This document shows positions 34,982 to 46,072 of a stretch of DNA of 64,000 bases, piece by piece; the first letter of the stretch is position 1; each line of letters begins with the position of its first letter. Location: contig CAWJCY010000006.1 in NCBI GenBank assembly GCA_963841565.1, forward strand, positions 32,001 to 96,000. Direction: 5' to 3'. The translations under genes were made by a program, and so were the position numbers. The notes below the pieces were generated by a model, which searched no databases, was not told the origin of the DNA, and saw only the letters and a list, made by a program, of their open reading frames with translations. Origin of the DNA: an uncultured Nitrososphaerales archaeon. GTDB lineage: Archaea > Thermoproteota > Nitrososphaeria > Nitrososphaerales > Nitrososphaeraceae.

Positions 34982-35680
34982 TTGGAGTTTAAAGCCATCA
35001 CTTCTGATGATATGTACAAAATCGAGGAGAACGCAGAAACGAATTTTGGTGTCCGTAGAATGTATATGATGGAAAATGCGGGGCATGGACTTGCCGACTT
35101 TATTGAATCCAAGATGGGTGAGATGAATACGAAATTCATCGACAAGAAAATTGTTGCCGTATGTGGTGGAGGAAACAATGGTGGTGATGCCATGGTTTGT
35201 ATGAGACATCTTTCCTATAATCCTGAAGCGAAATATACTGTATTGCTATTAATTGATCCTCGTGATCTTCGAACTGAGGAAGCAAGAACAAATTGGACTA
35301 TTCTCACGAGATTAAATTCTGTAGAGTTGTTTTGGAGTAATCAGATAGACCAAATCAAAGGTAGGATTCTAGATTCCGACATATTAATAGATGGCATCCT
35401 AGGAACCGGAGTTAATGGCACCATCAGAGAACCCCATTCTTCCGCGATAGATCTTATCAATAAATCTGGTGCGTACATATTCTCTGTAGATATACCCTCA
35501 GGACTTGATCCTAATACTGGCCAAGTTCATGATAAGTGTGTAAGAGCAACCGCAACTGTCACCTTTCACAGAATCAAGAAAGGGTTGCTGAATAATGAAA
35601 AATATTCGGGTCAGATTCACCTTGAACATATCGGGATTCCGAGAGAGGCAGAAAGGGGAATTTTGGTGAACGAGGTATGA
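34982..35680 (+). CDS. nnrE: NAD(P)H-hydrate epimerase (YjeF N-terminal domain)
   Basis: MMENAG, CGGGNNGGD, DGILGTG, SVDIPSG, TVTF. Confidence 0.92.
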   Translation: MEFKAITSDDMYKIEENAETNFGVRRMYMMENAGHGLADFIESKMGEMNTKFIDKKIVAVCGGGNNGGDAMVCMRHLSYNPEAKYTVLLLIDPRDLRTEEARTNWTILTRLNSVELFWSNQIDQIKGRILDSDILIDGILGTGVNGTIREPHSSAIDLINKSGAYIFSVDIPSGLDPNTGQVHDKCVRATATVTFHRIKKGLLNNEKYSGQIHLEHIGIPREAERGILVNEV

Positions 35681-36300
35681 CAGAAGTAATGTATCAACTC
35701 AAAGTCGGAAATATGGCTAATTTCACTTATGTCATCTCAGATATTCAGACTCACCTCGCTGCCATCGTTGATCCGTCATGGGATCTCCAAGAGATATTTC
35801 AATTACTTACCGAAAAAAAGCTTAAGGCAAAGCATATCATAAACACTCATTCACATTTTGATCATGTATTTGGAAATGATGAAGTCGCAAAAATGACTGG
35901 AGCAACTGTCATTCAGCATTCCAATTCTCGACTTCGCAAAGATATCTCCGTAGCAGAGAATGATGTAATATCAATCGGATCTATTAACCTTCGAGTTCTG
36001 CATACTCCGGGTCATTCTGAAGACAGTATCTGTCTCATTATCGATAAAGAGGCTGTGTTCACTGGAGACACTCTCTTTGTTGGTGCTGTAGGGAGGATAG
36101 ATCTTCCAGGAGGGAATCCAAAAGACATGTATCTTAGTTTGTATAGAAAGGTTTCAGCCTTGGAGGATCAACTTACCGTTTATCCTGGTCATGATTATGG
36201 CTCCTCTCCAGTTTCAACGATTGGAAAAGAAAAGCTATCAAATCTTGCGTTACAAGCAAAATCAGAAAATGAGTTTCTAGCTTTCATGGGCGTTGGTTGA
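35677..36300 (+). CDS. Metallo-beta-lactamase fold hydrolase (glyoxalase II-like)
   Basis: THSHFDH, TPGHS, FTGDTLF, YPGHDY. Confidence 0.9.
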   Translation: MTEVMYQLKVGNMANFTYVISDIQTHLAAIVDPSWDLQEIFQLLTEKKLKAKHIINTHSHFDHVFGNDEVAKMTGATVIQHSNSRLRKDISVAENDVISIGSINLRVLHTPGHSEDSICLIIDKEAVFTGDTLFVGAVGRIDLPGGNPKDMYLSLYRKVSALEDQLTVYPGHDYGSSPVSTIGKEKLSNLALQAKSENEFLAFMGVG

Positions 36301-37429
36301 AGCCAATTTGAAATATGATGGGGTAGATTATCCAGACCTCAAATCCATCAACCAAGATCAGACTTTTAAAATACCTCTATCAACAAGTAATCCCTTATTT
36401 GCACTAGTAATATCATACACTTACACGAGTCTCATACCTGGAATTACGGCAGCTGGCCAAAATGAAAATCTAATAAAATATACATCTCCCGCTGACGCAG
36501 AATTCTTAAATTACGGTCACTGTAAATGTTTGGATTCAGTTCCTGTTACTCCAGATGGAATGCCTACTCCTGCGATTATCACAAAGACCGCATTAGATCT
36601 ATCGAATATCCCATTTTTCATAATCAACGCTGGGTCATTAGTTAAACCTCAAGTTCCCTGTATCTCATTTGACATGAATCCAGGAAACGATATACGAACA
36701 GGAAATGCCTTAGACGAAAGTTATATCAAGAAGGGTCTAGAGTATGGTGAAGCATTTGGTCGCGAACTGGCCAAACTTAGTAAAATGGTTATCATCGGTG
36801 AAAGTATCCCAGGAGGAACGACTACTGCTTTAGGTGTGCTCATTGCACTTGGAATCGATGCCTGGTCTAAGGTGAGCAGTAGCCTCACTAAAAATCCTCA
36901 CAGTTTAAAGAACAGAATAGTAAAGGAAGGGATGGCCAAAGCTGGCATTTCATTTGGGAGTTTTAGAAATGATCCTATAAGAGCAATTGCTGCGGTTGGG
37001 GATCCTATGATCCCTGTTGTTGCTGGGCTTGCTTGTGGCATCAGTAGTTCAGGAAGCAATGTCATGTTAGCTGGAGGGACGCAAATGACAGCCATTGTTG
37101 CGGTAATAAGTGCGATGAACAGAGCGTTAGGAAATATTTGCATCGGGACGACCTGCTATGTTGCAAATGATCCTGATTCAGACATTCAGGGGATTGCCAA
37201 TGAAATCTGTTCTGATTTTCCGATTTGTGCTATAGATCTTCACTTTGATGATTCCGAGAGACCGGGCCTAAAGGCATTTGCGAACGGTTTCGTAAAAGAT
37301 GGAGCAGGAGCCGGAGGCGTATCCATTCTTGCAATGCTAAAGAGTAGAGGATCGCTTACAGGTACTTCGATACTAAGATCCATAGAAATAGAATACGATA
37401 AACTCATGCGAAAGCAACAGAAGAAATGA
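36293..37429 (+). CDS. cobT: Archaeal nicotinate-nucleotide phosphoribosyltransferase (cobamide lower-ligand activation)
   Basis: IPGITAAG, TSPADAE, PTPAIIT, GESIPGGTTTA, GDPM, LAGGTQM, GFVKDGAGAGG. Confidence 0.9.
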   Translation: MVEANLKYDGVDYPDLKSINQDQTFKIPLSTSNPLFALVISYTYTSLIPGITAAGQNENLIKYTSPADAEFLNYGHCKCLDSVPVTPDGMPTPAIITKTALDLSNIPFFIINAGSLVKPQVPCISFDMNPGNDIRTGNALDESYIKKGLEYGEAFGRELAKLSKMVIIGESIPGGTTTALGVLIALGIDAWSKVSSSLTKNPHSLKNRIVKEGMAKAGISFGSFRNDPIRAIAAVGDPMIPVVAGLACGISSSGSNVMLAGGTQMTAIVAVISAMNRALGNICIGTTCYVANDPDSDIQGIANEICSDFPICAIDLHFDDSERPGLKAFANGFVKDGAGAGGVSILAMLKSRGSLTGTSILRSIEIEYDKLMRKQQKK

Positions 37430-37517
37430 TCTAATGAAAGGACCAAACCCTCTCAATTATGAAGAGATGCGGGGGATCGACATTATATATTGAATTCTAA
37501 AAGGGCTAATATAGATC

Positions 37518-37736
37518 ATGTCTGGAAGAGCCAAAAAACACGACGGCCCATCTGCACCCGTGACGGGAAAAGAACTTACAGAAATAGAGGAGATTACTGT
37601 AATGTTAGATGTTCTCATCGAAGAATTACAGCACAGAGGCGCCATTGATAAAAAAGAATATAATAGATTGGTTGCGATGCGTCTGCACGAAATTTCCAAA
37701 GCCAGGGCGTTTGAAGAATTAGACGAGGAATTATGA
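37518..37736 (+). CDS. Small helical hypothetical protein
   Basis: 72-aa ORF (LDVLIEELQHRGAIDKKEY). Confidence 0.7.
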   Translation: MSGRAKKHDGPSAPVTGKELTEIEEITVMLDVLIEELQHRGAIDKKEYNRLVAMRLHEISKARAFEELDEEL

Positions 37737-37789
37737 AGCGGAAGGCTCGCACTATTATCACGACGTAGGCTTATCGTAATAGGAAAGAG

Positions 37790-37893
37790 CGCCGGGAGAG
37801 GGATTCGAACCCTCGTGACCCCAAGAGATCACAAGCTGGCTGGATATTTTGCAATTTCCAGGCTTGCGCCCTACCAGGCTAGGCGACCCCGGC
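37790..37893 (-). tRNA. tRNA-Ser(GGA) with 18-nt intron at canonical 37/38 (37838..37855)
   Basis: GCCGGGG/TCCCGGC acceptor stem, CAAGC-CTGGAA-[intron]-A-GCTTG anticodon arm, long variable arm, GGTTCGAATCC; intron TCCAG pairs with CTGGA. Confidence 0.92.
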
Positions 37894-38081
37894 CTGATGT
37901 GGTAACCATTGTTACCTTTCGATTACGAGATACAAGGTTCCACCAACTTATGTGTTTATCCGAGCGATTAATTCATTGAGAGTGATATGATAAAGATGCA
38001 AATATTTTCTCTGTTCAGTCAACTAGACTCAAAGTTGAAATGTTAGTTCTAACATGGTGTTGCGCCTTATTTCTAGTCTAA

Positions 38082-39092
38082 TTAGCTTACTTTTGATGCC
38101 AAGTTTGTTGTGCGCCATGATTTAGGGTAGGACCCCGGTTTCATAATTATCCTCTTGATATTAACAGCAATGCCTTTTACGTTGGATTCGATTTCCTCCC
38201 TCGTCATTGCAACTTCACCAAATCCCACGATCTCTCCTTTCATAGAATAAATACCAACAAAGCTCCCCACCTTAAGTGCCTTGGATACATATAATATCCC
38301 TGGGATAGCGAGCTGGGCGCCGTGACATAAGGCATCAATCGCCGTATCTCTGACGACTACGGTCTCCACACCATCCATACAATATTCAATAGGCTTGATC
38401 AGTTTCCTTAACTTTGTATCGTCTTCTTCATGTCTATACAATTCTAGAGCATCAGCTAAATCGTGCATCCTAACCAGGCTGTCTTTTCGATCTGACAGAT
38501 TGCTTACCTGCGTCCGACGGAGCTCCACCATGGTAGCTCCTGTCCCAAGAATTTCCCCAATATCATATACTATTTTTCTTATGTAAGTACCTGACTGAGA
38601 TAATATACGCATCAAGATAAGACGTTCGTGCCTCTCCAGCTTTTCTATTTCATATATTGTTCGAATTCTAGTCGCTCTTTTTACGGATGATCTCTGGGGT
38701 GGCCTTTGATATATATCACCAACAAATTGGGCTATCACAGTATCCAATTTATCATCGCTGATATGGTCATGGAGCCTTGCCAATGCATAATACTCTTTTG
38801 GCCCGAAAAGCAATATGGAAAGGGCCTTCGTGCCCTCCCCCAGTCCAATAGGGAGAAGTCCCGTAGTGCCAGGATCCAAGGTCCCACTATGCCCTGCCTT
38901 ACTGATTCCGATGATTCTTTTCACCCATGCGACTACCTCATGGCTAGTAGGACCAGGGGGCTTATCCAGCAAAATCAAGCCATAATCCAGTAAAGAGCTA
39001 ATAGGTCTACTGGATGGGTAATATCCATACTTCTCATTAGTTACATCATCATCCAGTTTAACCAAATTATCAAAAGGAGAAGATATCAACAC
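38082..39092 (-). CDS. cbf5: H/ACA RNA-guided pseudouridine synthase Cbf5
   Basis: LDKPPGPTSHEV, GHSGTLDP, KEY, YQRPP, SGTYIR, C-terminal PUA domain. Confidence 0.95.
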   Translation of the reverse strand: MLISSPFDNLVKLDDDVTNEKYGYYPSSRPISSLLDYGLILLDKPPGPTSHEVVAWVKRIIGISKAGHSGTLDPGTTGLLPIGLGEGTKALSILLFGPKEYYALARLHDHISDDKLDTVIAQFVGDIYQRPPQRSSVKRATRIRTIYEIEKLERHERLILMRILSQSGTYIRKIVYDIGEILGTGATMVELRRTQVSNLSDRKDSLVRMHDLADALELYRHEEDDTKLRKLIKPIEYCMDGVETVVVRDTAIDALCHGAQLAIPGILYVSKALKVGSFVGIYSMKGEIVGFGEVAMTREEIESNVKGIAVNIKRIIMKPGSYPKSWRTTNLASKVS

Positions 39093-39377
39093 TTGCTCAA
39101 ACTACACAATGAGAGTCCAGATATATAATCGCAGAACCTGCAAGTTATTTAACACTCTCATATTTCCTCAAGGAATCAGAGACAAATGACTTCACCAACC
39201 CAAATGAAGGCATCCACTTCCTGCACTCGTTTGAAGTTAGTTGACTTACTTTTGACCCATCATGTCAGTTTTGACTGAATGCAACCTTTACAAATTAAAT
39301 GATAGATTGGTGAATCTGTTTGTCTGGTTTCACTTGACCCAAGAATTTTATACTAGAAAAGCATAACAACACTTAAC

Positions 39378-39644
39378 GTGATGAGGAATCGCCACCGAAG
39401 CAGGGGAGAGATTATTGCATCTATCCTTCAGGCAGTAAATGGGAATAGCCTTAGGCAGACGGAAATACTTTATCGCACATATCTATCACATAACCTTCTG
39501 AAAGATTACTTAGTCCTTTTGCTTGAAAATGAACTAATTGATTATACCGCAGGAGAACGAACATTTAAGACCACTGGAAAGGGGATGAGATATCTTCAGA
39601 TGTATGCTCAGTTGGGTCAGCTCATAGTAAAGCATAATACGTAA
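39378..39644 (+). CDS. Small winged-helix transcription regulator
   Basis: RSRGEIIASIL...TEILYRTYLS...YL..LLENELI...FKTTGKG. Confidence 0.85.
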   Translation: MMRNRHRSRGEIIASILQAVNGNSLRQTEILYRTYLSHNLLKDYLVLLLENELIDYTAGERTFKTTGKGMRYLQMYAQLGQLIVKHNT

Positions 39645-39871
39645 GTTAACTCTGTCTGATGCCAGCCCTGTGTGGGGATAGTTTTAGTATTTAAATCGTC
39701 TAGAAAATCTGCAAACTTGGTGGCTAATGCCGAAGAGCGGATCGGAATATAGAGATATATTGTTAGTGATCTGAATGAGCCCAAGACATACAAATTACTA
39801 CCTTTCTTGATTGGTCAGATCACCTAAGAGCTTTTGTCCCATAAAAATGGTGAGGCGTTAAAGCACTAGTC

Positions 39872-40495
39872 CTAAGCTTTTGCTTGCTGCAACCTTTTAT
39901 CCACATCATCCCAATTCACAACGTTCCACCAGGCCGAAATGTAGTCAGGTCTTTTATTTTGATATTTGAGATAATACGCATGCTCCCACACATCGCAGCC
40001 TAATAGGGGGTTTAACCCTTCAGTTCTTGGGCTGGTTTGATTTGACATTGCCTTATATTCTACTTTCTTTGATGATGGATTGTAGGCAAGCCATCCCCAA
40101 CCACTACCTTGTATAACTGCAGTTTCTGACGAGAATTTTTCCTTAAACCCAGAAAAACTTCCGAAAGACGAATTTATTGCATCAGCAACCGCACCTCCTG
40201 GCTCTCCACCACCATTTGCTTTCATATTATTCCAAAATATTCGATGATTATCGAATCCTCCTCCATTGAAATTGATTGCACTTTTTTGAGCAGCTGGAAC
40301 TTGATCCAAGTTTGATAATATTTGTATGATGTCCTTTTCTTGAATTTCAGGAGGGCATTTTTCGAGGGCTGCATTTAATTTGTCTGTATAAGTTTGATGG
40401 TGTTTTGTATGATGGATCTCCATTGTTCTTGCATCGATATGCGGTTCAAGTGCATCGTATGCATACGGAACTGGTGGCAATTCATATTTTTTCAT
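39872..40495 (-). CDS. sod: Fe/Mn superoxide dismutase
   Basis: YAYDALEPHI, HHTKHH, NHRIFW, QGSGWGW, DVWEHAYY. Confidence 0.97.
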   Translation of the reverse strand: MKKYELPPVPYAYDALEPHIDARTMEIHHTKHHQTYTDKLNAALEKCPPEIQEKDIIQILSNLDQVPAAQKSAINFNGGGFDNHRIFWNNMKANGGGEPGGAVADAINSSFGSFSGFKEKFSSETAVIQGSGWGWLAYNPSSKKVEYKAMSNQTSPRTEGLNPLLGCDVWEHAYYLKYQNKRPDYISAWWNVVNWDDVDKRLQQAKA

Positions 40496-40795
40496 ACATT
40501 TTAAAGTAAATCTTTTACTATTAACTGTTCTGTTAGCATATCCTAAATATTATTTAGAGCGAATTAAAACGAAAAGATAGATCAAAGATCATTATATCTT
40601 GTATATCACGAAGAGGTAACTAGAGGTCAGTGCAAATTTGCACTAAATAGAAACAAGGTGGTTCAACATGGAATCAAATTTCCTGCGTTGCGTTGTGTTT
40701 ACAGGGATGTGGTCTGCCCGAACTCATTATGCCTCTGAGGAATTTCTGGGAAACGTATTTATTAAAATCTATAGCACCTGATGGGTGAATAACGT

Positions 40796-41221
40796 TTGCC
40801 AATAAATGATGAATTGTTACGTGCCAGGAAGAAAGTTTCTGCAACTCGACCTAAGTTTGTAAGGCAGGAAAGCTGGAGATATATCAGGCTTGCGGAAAAT
40901 TGGAGGAAACCAAAAGGCATGGATAACAAGATGAGGAAGCAGGTATCTGGAGTCCCGCCGCTTGTCAAAGTGGGATACAGGGGCCCTAAGAAAGCCAGAG
41001 GTCTACATCCTTCTGGATATATGGATAGATTAATTCATAACATCAGAGACCTGGAAAAATTGGATCCCAAGATTGACGCTGCGAGAATTGGTCACACAGT
41101 GGGTCGGCGGAAACGAATAGATATTGTGAATAAGGCCAACGCTTTGGGGATCAAGGTTCTTAATAAGGGTAATGTGCCCCAGGAAAGCGTTCAAAAGGAT
41201 CAGAATAAGGAGCAATCATAA
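40796..41221 (+). CDS. rpl32e: 50S ribosomal protein L32e
   Basis: PKFVRQESWRY..WRKPKGMDNKMR, GLHPSG. Confidence 0.96.
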   Translation: MPINDELLRARKKVSATRPKFVRQESWRYIRLAENWRKPKGMDNKMRKQVSGVPPLVKVGYRGPKKARGLHPSGYMDRLIHNIRDLEKLDPKIDAARIGHTVGRRKRIDIVNKANALGIKVLNKGNVPQESVQKDQNKEQS

Positions 41222-41667
41222 TGGTAATTAATATACGAAAGAAGAGAGAACTCGTCGCACGGATATTGGAGGTAGGTGTGAACAGAGTTAGATTTGAACC
41301 AGATAAGCTTGAAGATGTGGCTGACTCCATTACAAGGGAAAATCTTAGAGCACTCATCAAGAACGGGGCCATCTGGACCGCAAGACGGCAAGGAACTTCT
41401 AGATATCGAGCTAAGCTGAAGCATATGACAAGAAAAAAGCGTGGAATGGGAAAAGGCTCAAAGAAGGGGAAAAAAACTGCAAGAGTAGGAAAGAAGAAAC
41501 TGTACATTACAAAGATCAGAGGCATGCGACATTACTTAAAGGTCCTCAAAGATCGGAATGACATAGATAGAAAAACATACTGGTCGCTATACAAGAAGGC
41601 CAATGGTGGTCAAGTCAGAACGTTGGCGCATTTGCGAGATTTAGTAAAGGCTTCTAAATCTAGATAA
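41221..41667 (+). CDS. rpl19e: 50S ribosomal protein L19e
   Basis: LVARILEVGVNRVRF, ITRENLRALI, GSKKGKKTAR, LYKKANGG. Confidence 0.96.
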   Translation: MVINIRKKRELVARILEVGVNRVRFEPDKLEDVADSITRENLRALIKNGAIWTARRQGTSRYRAKLKHMTRKKRGMGKGSKKGKKTARVGKKKLYITKIRGMRHYLKVLKDRNDIDRKTYWSLYKKANGGQVRTLAHLRDLVKASKSR

Positions 41668-41969
41668 ATAAAAAGACTTTTCTCTCGATGCGACAAATGG
41701 CCTCCCTCAATCATCTTACAGATGCCCGGTTTGAGATTATTTGTAACTTCGAAACAACAGATTGCTTTAAACGAAATCCGTTTTCAGCTTTAAACGATAT
41801 TTGAATCTAGAGACGGAGAATGTTTATGAGATTTAGCACTTGTAAGCATCGTTCAACCGTCAAGAATAGACTGGTAGTAAGTTAGAAGATTAGCTAAAAT
41901 CACACCCAATGACAAAAATAAGGACAAAATGGCAAGGATGCTGATGCTGATGTTTATCCATTGACTTTG

Positions 41970-42308
41970 CTAACCTTTGATGAATCCCAGAATAAAGCCT
42001 GCGGCTAGGCTGCCAACCAGAGGAATTCCGAAAGCTGCCATGACTGAAGAAATACTTTGCTCAGTCCCTGGAATATTAGAGCTGCTCACGTTGCCCATCA
42101 AGCCCGATCCCGCTTCTTGTATCTTGGTCCAGTCAACTGAAACATATTGTTGATAACCAAGGCCCACAATAGCAACTATCATTAGTCCAGCGATAATAAG
42201 GACGATCTTGATTACTTTTTTTATCGCATATCCCACAAGAAATCCCGCTATACCTCCAACTGCTATTGGAGTAGCACTCGACGCTAAAGAACCCAAATCC
42301 ATACTCAT
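41970..42308 (-). CDS. FUN14-domain membrane protein
   Basis: GGIAGFLVGYAIKK...YVSVDW...AGFILGF. Confidence 0.88.
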   Translation of the reverse strand: MSMDLGSLASSATPIAVGGIAGFLVGYAIKKVIKIVLIIAGLMIVAIVGLGYQQYVSVDWTKIQEAGSGLMGNVSSSNIPGTEQSISSVMAAFGIPLVGSLAAGFILGFIKG

Positions 42309-42556
42309 TTTGTCTGCCGATTATTAAATAGCCTAAATATCTATATAGAGTCTGATAGTTTGTATCATAACCTTATCTCTATAAAATTCGCCTCGTCCCC
42401 TTCCTTATTCATGGATTTCTAGAGGAGTTGGTTGGTGTTTAAAAACGATCTAAGCTCACTTAATCACCATGCTTTAAGGGGGTAGGGCGGCTACTTTGTA
42501 TAATATGGGTAGGTGTCTCATATGTCAGAGAACAATGGTGCGCGCGCCCAGGAAGG

Positions 42557-42844
42557 CTAGTGTGGTCTTCTAAAGTGCGATCGACTCCTAATTGCACCGT
42601 CTGCGTCAGTGTACGTTACTTTATCAAGGAAACAGTGTTCAAACCCATTTTCTCGTAGAATAGCAATTGTCTCAGGAGAAAGAGGTCGTACGTGCCCTAT
42701 GATCAAATAAATGTAAAATCGATCTGGCTTGAGTTCGGCTTCGTATCCATGCCTGGCCATCTTGTATAAGATTCCTGCCAATAAGGTAGGAGCTGGCTTA
42801 GAATTTGATTTATTCATATTGTCACGCAGGGCAAACTTGTTCAA
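42557..42844 (-). CDS. Hypothetical protein
   Basis: Overlaps the stop of the upstream gene by 4 nt; plausible composition. Confidence 0.55.
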   Translation of the reverse strand: MNKFALRDNMNKSNSKPAPTLLAGILYKMARHGYEAELKPDRFYIYLIIGHVRPLSPETIAILRENGFEHCFLDKVTYTDADGAIRSRSHFRRPH

Positions 42845-44988
42845 TCGCTAACCAAATTATTAGGTCTGATATAATTCTCCAATTCGCGATTTGTGTACAT
42901 AGGAGGGGAACAGGCAAAATTCTTGCAAACATATGCTCGAGTTGAACTATTTGGTTGAGGACCTACAGGTTCCAATTTTCCTCTGAAGAATGGTAGTTGT
43001 TTTTCTAGTTGGTTAAAGTCTGTATTTGATCTTACGTATGCAAATATACCGTTGGGAATATACGCTCTATTTAGAAGCGTCAGCATATTGTAGAAGGTGT
43101 CCTCGTTTGGTTCTCTTCCTTGTACCACTGTGAACTCGATCGGCCTTTTCACGTACATATATAAGGAGATAAGGAAATGTCCGAAGCCGAATGGATTATC
43201 TCTGGCGATAGGAGAAACTGGCCTAAAAATGTCTTCCGATTTTTTAAAGTAATCATCTCTTTGAGAAAAATGATATAACCTCATTAGATTCATCGCTGCA
43301 ACAGAATTCCCGCTAGGAATGGCAAGGTCGTAATAATTTTTCGTTCTGATTATTAGTTCCTCATGGTCGTCCGAAGTGAAAAAAAATCCATCATTCCTCT
43401 GGTTATCCCAGAAATGATTTAGCATAAAATCCATGTGTCTGAGGGCGGAATTCATATAGCGAGGGATAGGAAGAACCTCAAACAGATCAATCAATGAATT
43501 CACATAGAAAGCGTAGTCATCAAGATAGCTATTCAATTTAGGCTGACCATTTTTGAAAATCCTAAAAAGTCTCCCATCTGGGGACGACATTCTGGCCTCT
43601 ATGAAATCTACTGCCTTGACTGCTGCTTTGAGATAGGCCTCCTCTGATGTAACTCGATAGGCCTTTACTAGTGCAGAGATCATTAGTGAATTCCAAGAAG
43701 TAATCGCTTTGTCGTCTTTCCCTGGATGTACCCGATGCTTTCTTGCTTCGAACAATTTTGCCTCTGAACTGCTAAGAATATCATCGATAACATGAACAGG
43801 CTTGTCGAATTTTTGTGAAAGAAATGCTTGATTATTTTGGCTATTTAGAATATTTTTACCCTCAAAATTACCTCCTTCAGTAACGCCATAGTATAAACAA
43901 AATATTTCAGCATCCGTCTTGTTGTTTAAAATTTCCAAGATTTCCTTTTTCGTCCATAAATAATACTTACCTTCCTCTCCTTCTGAATCAGCGTCCTCAG
44001 CAGAATAAAAGCGACCATCCACTGAGGTCATATCTCTGAGAACATATCTAATGGTTTTATGCAAAACTTCGACATACTTTTCATCTCGAGTTACTTGATA
44101 GATTTCAGAGAAGAGTTGGATGAGTAAAGCGTTGTCATAAAGCATTTTTTCAAAGTGAGGGATTAGCCATTTTTGATCCGTTGAATATCTAGCAAATCCT
44201 CCCCCAAGATGATCGTGGATACCTCCCGATATCATCTTATCACCAGTGAATACAACGAAGTCCTTGAACTTGGAAATCTTCGACAGTTCATAGTATCGTA
44301 ACAGGAACAATAGATTGGAGGGGTTTGGAAACTTGGGAGCTTGTCCAAATCCGCCATAAGTAGAATCACCAATATGCAGTAGGCTAACAGCCGCTTCATC
44401 CAGTACGGAACGCTCAGGTTCTGCTCCAAGTGGACGACTAGTGGAGATATCTCCAGCAGCGCCTGATAGGGCAAGCATGAATTCAGAGGTAGCGCTAAGG
44501 ACCTCCTTCCTATTATTAATATATGTATCAGCAAGTTGTCTAATAATAGACATAAAACCAGGCATTCCATATCTAGAATTCTTTGGGAAATATGTCCCGA
44601 TATAGAACGGCTTCTGATCAGGTGTCAGGAAGACTGAAAGAGGCCATCCCCCACTACCTGCCGCTAGTTGACATACACGTTGGTAGACATCATCAAGGTC
44701 AGCTCTTTCTTCTCTGTCAACTTTAATGTTTACGAAATTTTCATTCATAATCCTTGCAATCTCCTCATCTTCAAAAGATTCGTGGGCCATAACATGACAC
44801 CAATGACATGAACTGTAACCTATGCTCAAGAAAATTGGTTTATCTTCGGATCTCGCCTTTTCAAGCGCGTCCTTCCCCCACGGATACCAATCTACTGGGT
44901 TGTAAGCATGCTGCAAAAGGTAAGGGCTAGTTTCGTTGATGAGCTTGTTGGGCTTTTTGTTATTCTTCTCAATGTGATTGTCATCCAT
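42841..44988 (-). CDS. YyaL/SPATA20-family thioredoxin-domain protein
   Basis: [56 protein letters not shown]. Confidence 0.95.
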   Translation of the reverse strand: MDDNHIEKNNKKPNKLINETSPYLLQHAYNPVDWYPWGKDALEKARSEDKPIFLSIGYSSCHWCHVMAHESFEDEEIARIMNENFVNIKVDREERADLDDVYQRVCQLAAGSGGWPLSVFLTPDQKPFYIGTYFPKNSRYGMPGFMSIIRQLADTYINNRKEVLSATSEFMLALSGAAGDISTSRPLGAEPERSVLDEAAVSLLHIGDSTYGGFGQAPKFPNPSNLLFLLRYYELSKISKFKDFVVFTGDKMISGGIHDHLGGGFARYSTDQKWLIPHFEKMLYDNALLIQLFSEIYQVTRDEKYVEVLHKTIRYVLRDMTSVDGRFYSAEDADSEGEEGKYYLWTKKEILEILNNKTDAEIFCLYYGVTEGGNFEGKNILNSQNNQAFLSQKFDKPVHVIDDILSSSEAKLFEARKHRVHPGKDDKAITSWNSLMISALVKAYRVTSEEAYLKAAVKAVDFIEARMSSPDGRLFRIFKNGQPKLNSYLDDYAFYVNSLIDLFEVLPIPRYMNSALRHMDFMLNHFWDNQRNDGFFFTSDDHEELIIRTKNYYDLAIPSGNSVAAMNLMRLYHFSQRDDYFKKSEDIFRPVSPIARDNPFGFGHFLISLYMYVKRPIEFTVVQGREPNEDTFYNMLTLLNRAYIPNGIFAYVRSNTDFNQLEKQLPFFRGKLEPVGPQPNSSTRAYVCKNFACSPPMYTNRELENYIRPNNLVSD

Positions 44989-45190
44989 GGAATGAGAGCA
45001 AAATGGCTTTGATATTATATAAATACTAGCAGAATTACTTCCAGGTCAGAGGCGACATTAGAGAAATTATCTCGCAATTGCTACTGTGGATTAAGTAACG
45101 AAGCATTACTTAGTGAAAGGAATCACAATAGGGTGGGGGTGATCTCGGAGGTCCAGACTTTTAAGGACCTTGAATCTTATTCTCTTTTAA

Positions 45191-45631
45191 TCAGATAGGT
45201 TTGAACATCTCCGGTCTAATCATGCTCCAATAAGGTAAATAAAAAAAGGTCACCGCAAACCGTCTATCACTAGAAGCTAACTTCGAATCGTGAGTAACGT
45301 TTTTTGATGAGAGATTTATCAATCGACCTGTGTCATTTCTAATCATTGGATGCAGCGTAGCGACTATTGGGTCACCTCTAGCAATAGAGGCTGCTGCGAT
45401 AAGTCGATGTATTTCACGCCCTTTGATCCTCGGTATCTTTCTTGATGACTTCACCTGTATAAGCCATTTCCTTTGTTTTTTATTAGAATCTAACACTGCG
45501 ACTATATCAGCAGGTCCTCGGCTATTCTTTGACAAACGTACCCGCCAGCCAATTAATCTTAGGTATAAAGCTACTATGTACTCTGCTTCTCTCCCGAATG
45601 TTCCGATCGAATAAGATAGCTTCAACCTCAA
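45191..45631 (-). CDS. Second Hjc-like PD-(D/E)xK nuclease
   Basis: GREAE, SRGPADIVA, LIQVKS. Confidence 0.7.
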   Translation of the reverse strand: MRLKLSYSIGTFGREAEYIVALYLRLIGWRVRLSKNSRGPADIVAVLDSNKKQRKWLIQVKSSRKIPRIKGREIHRLIAAASIARGDPIVATLHPMIRNDTGRLINLSSKNVTHDSKLASSDRRFAVTFFYLPYWSMIRPEMFKPI

Positions 45632-45806
45632 GATACATACGATCCTAATGACAGCTTTAACTGTTGTTGTGAAAACTCTCTGATAAGGTTATGAAATGTT
45701 CCTTCCATTTGCCTCTAAGCTGCCAATGAGTAGGGATTATTTCTTTGACGCCAGTATTTGACTATATAATCATGACTAAAGAATATGAATATATTTCTAT
45801 TTATGA

Positions 45807-46022
45807 TTGAATTTTCTAATGATCATAAGGAATACGGATCCATACAAATTAAAGAAATGTATATCTTGCAAAAATCCAATTCCACTAAATACCAAATATT
45901 TTACTATGTCACTGTCGCTTCAGCATGTTTGTCTCGGCTGTGCAGATAGAGAGATTCCTAAACTAATTCAAAATCTCCAGCAGGATCTACGAAAAATAAA
46001 GGAAGAATTGAAGAGTAGCTAA
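45807..46022 (+). CDS. Small zinc-finger protein
   Basis: CISC...VCLGC followed by an amphipathic helix. Confidence 0.7.
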   Translation: MNFLMIIRNTDPYKLKKCISCKNPIPLNTKYFTMSLSLQHVCLGCADREIPKLIQNLQQDLRKIKEELKSS

Positions 46023-46072
46023 AATCAAATGCAACATTCAGGTTTACCCGTACTCGGAATGTAGAGAGTCAA

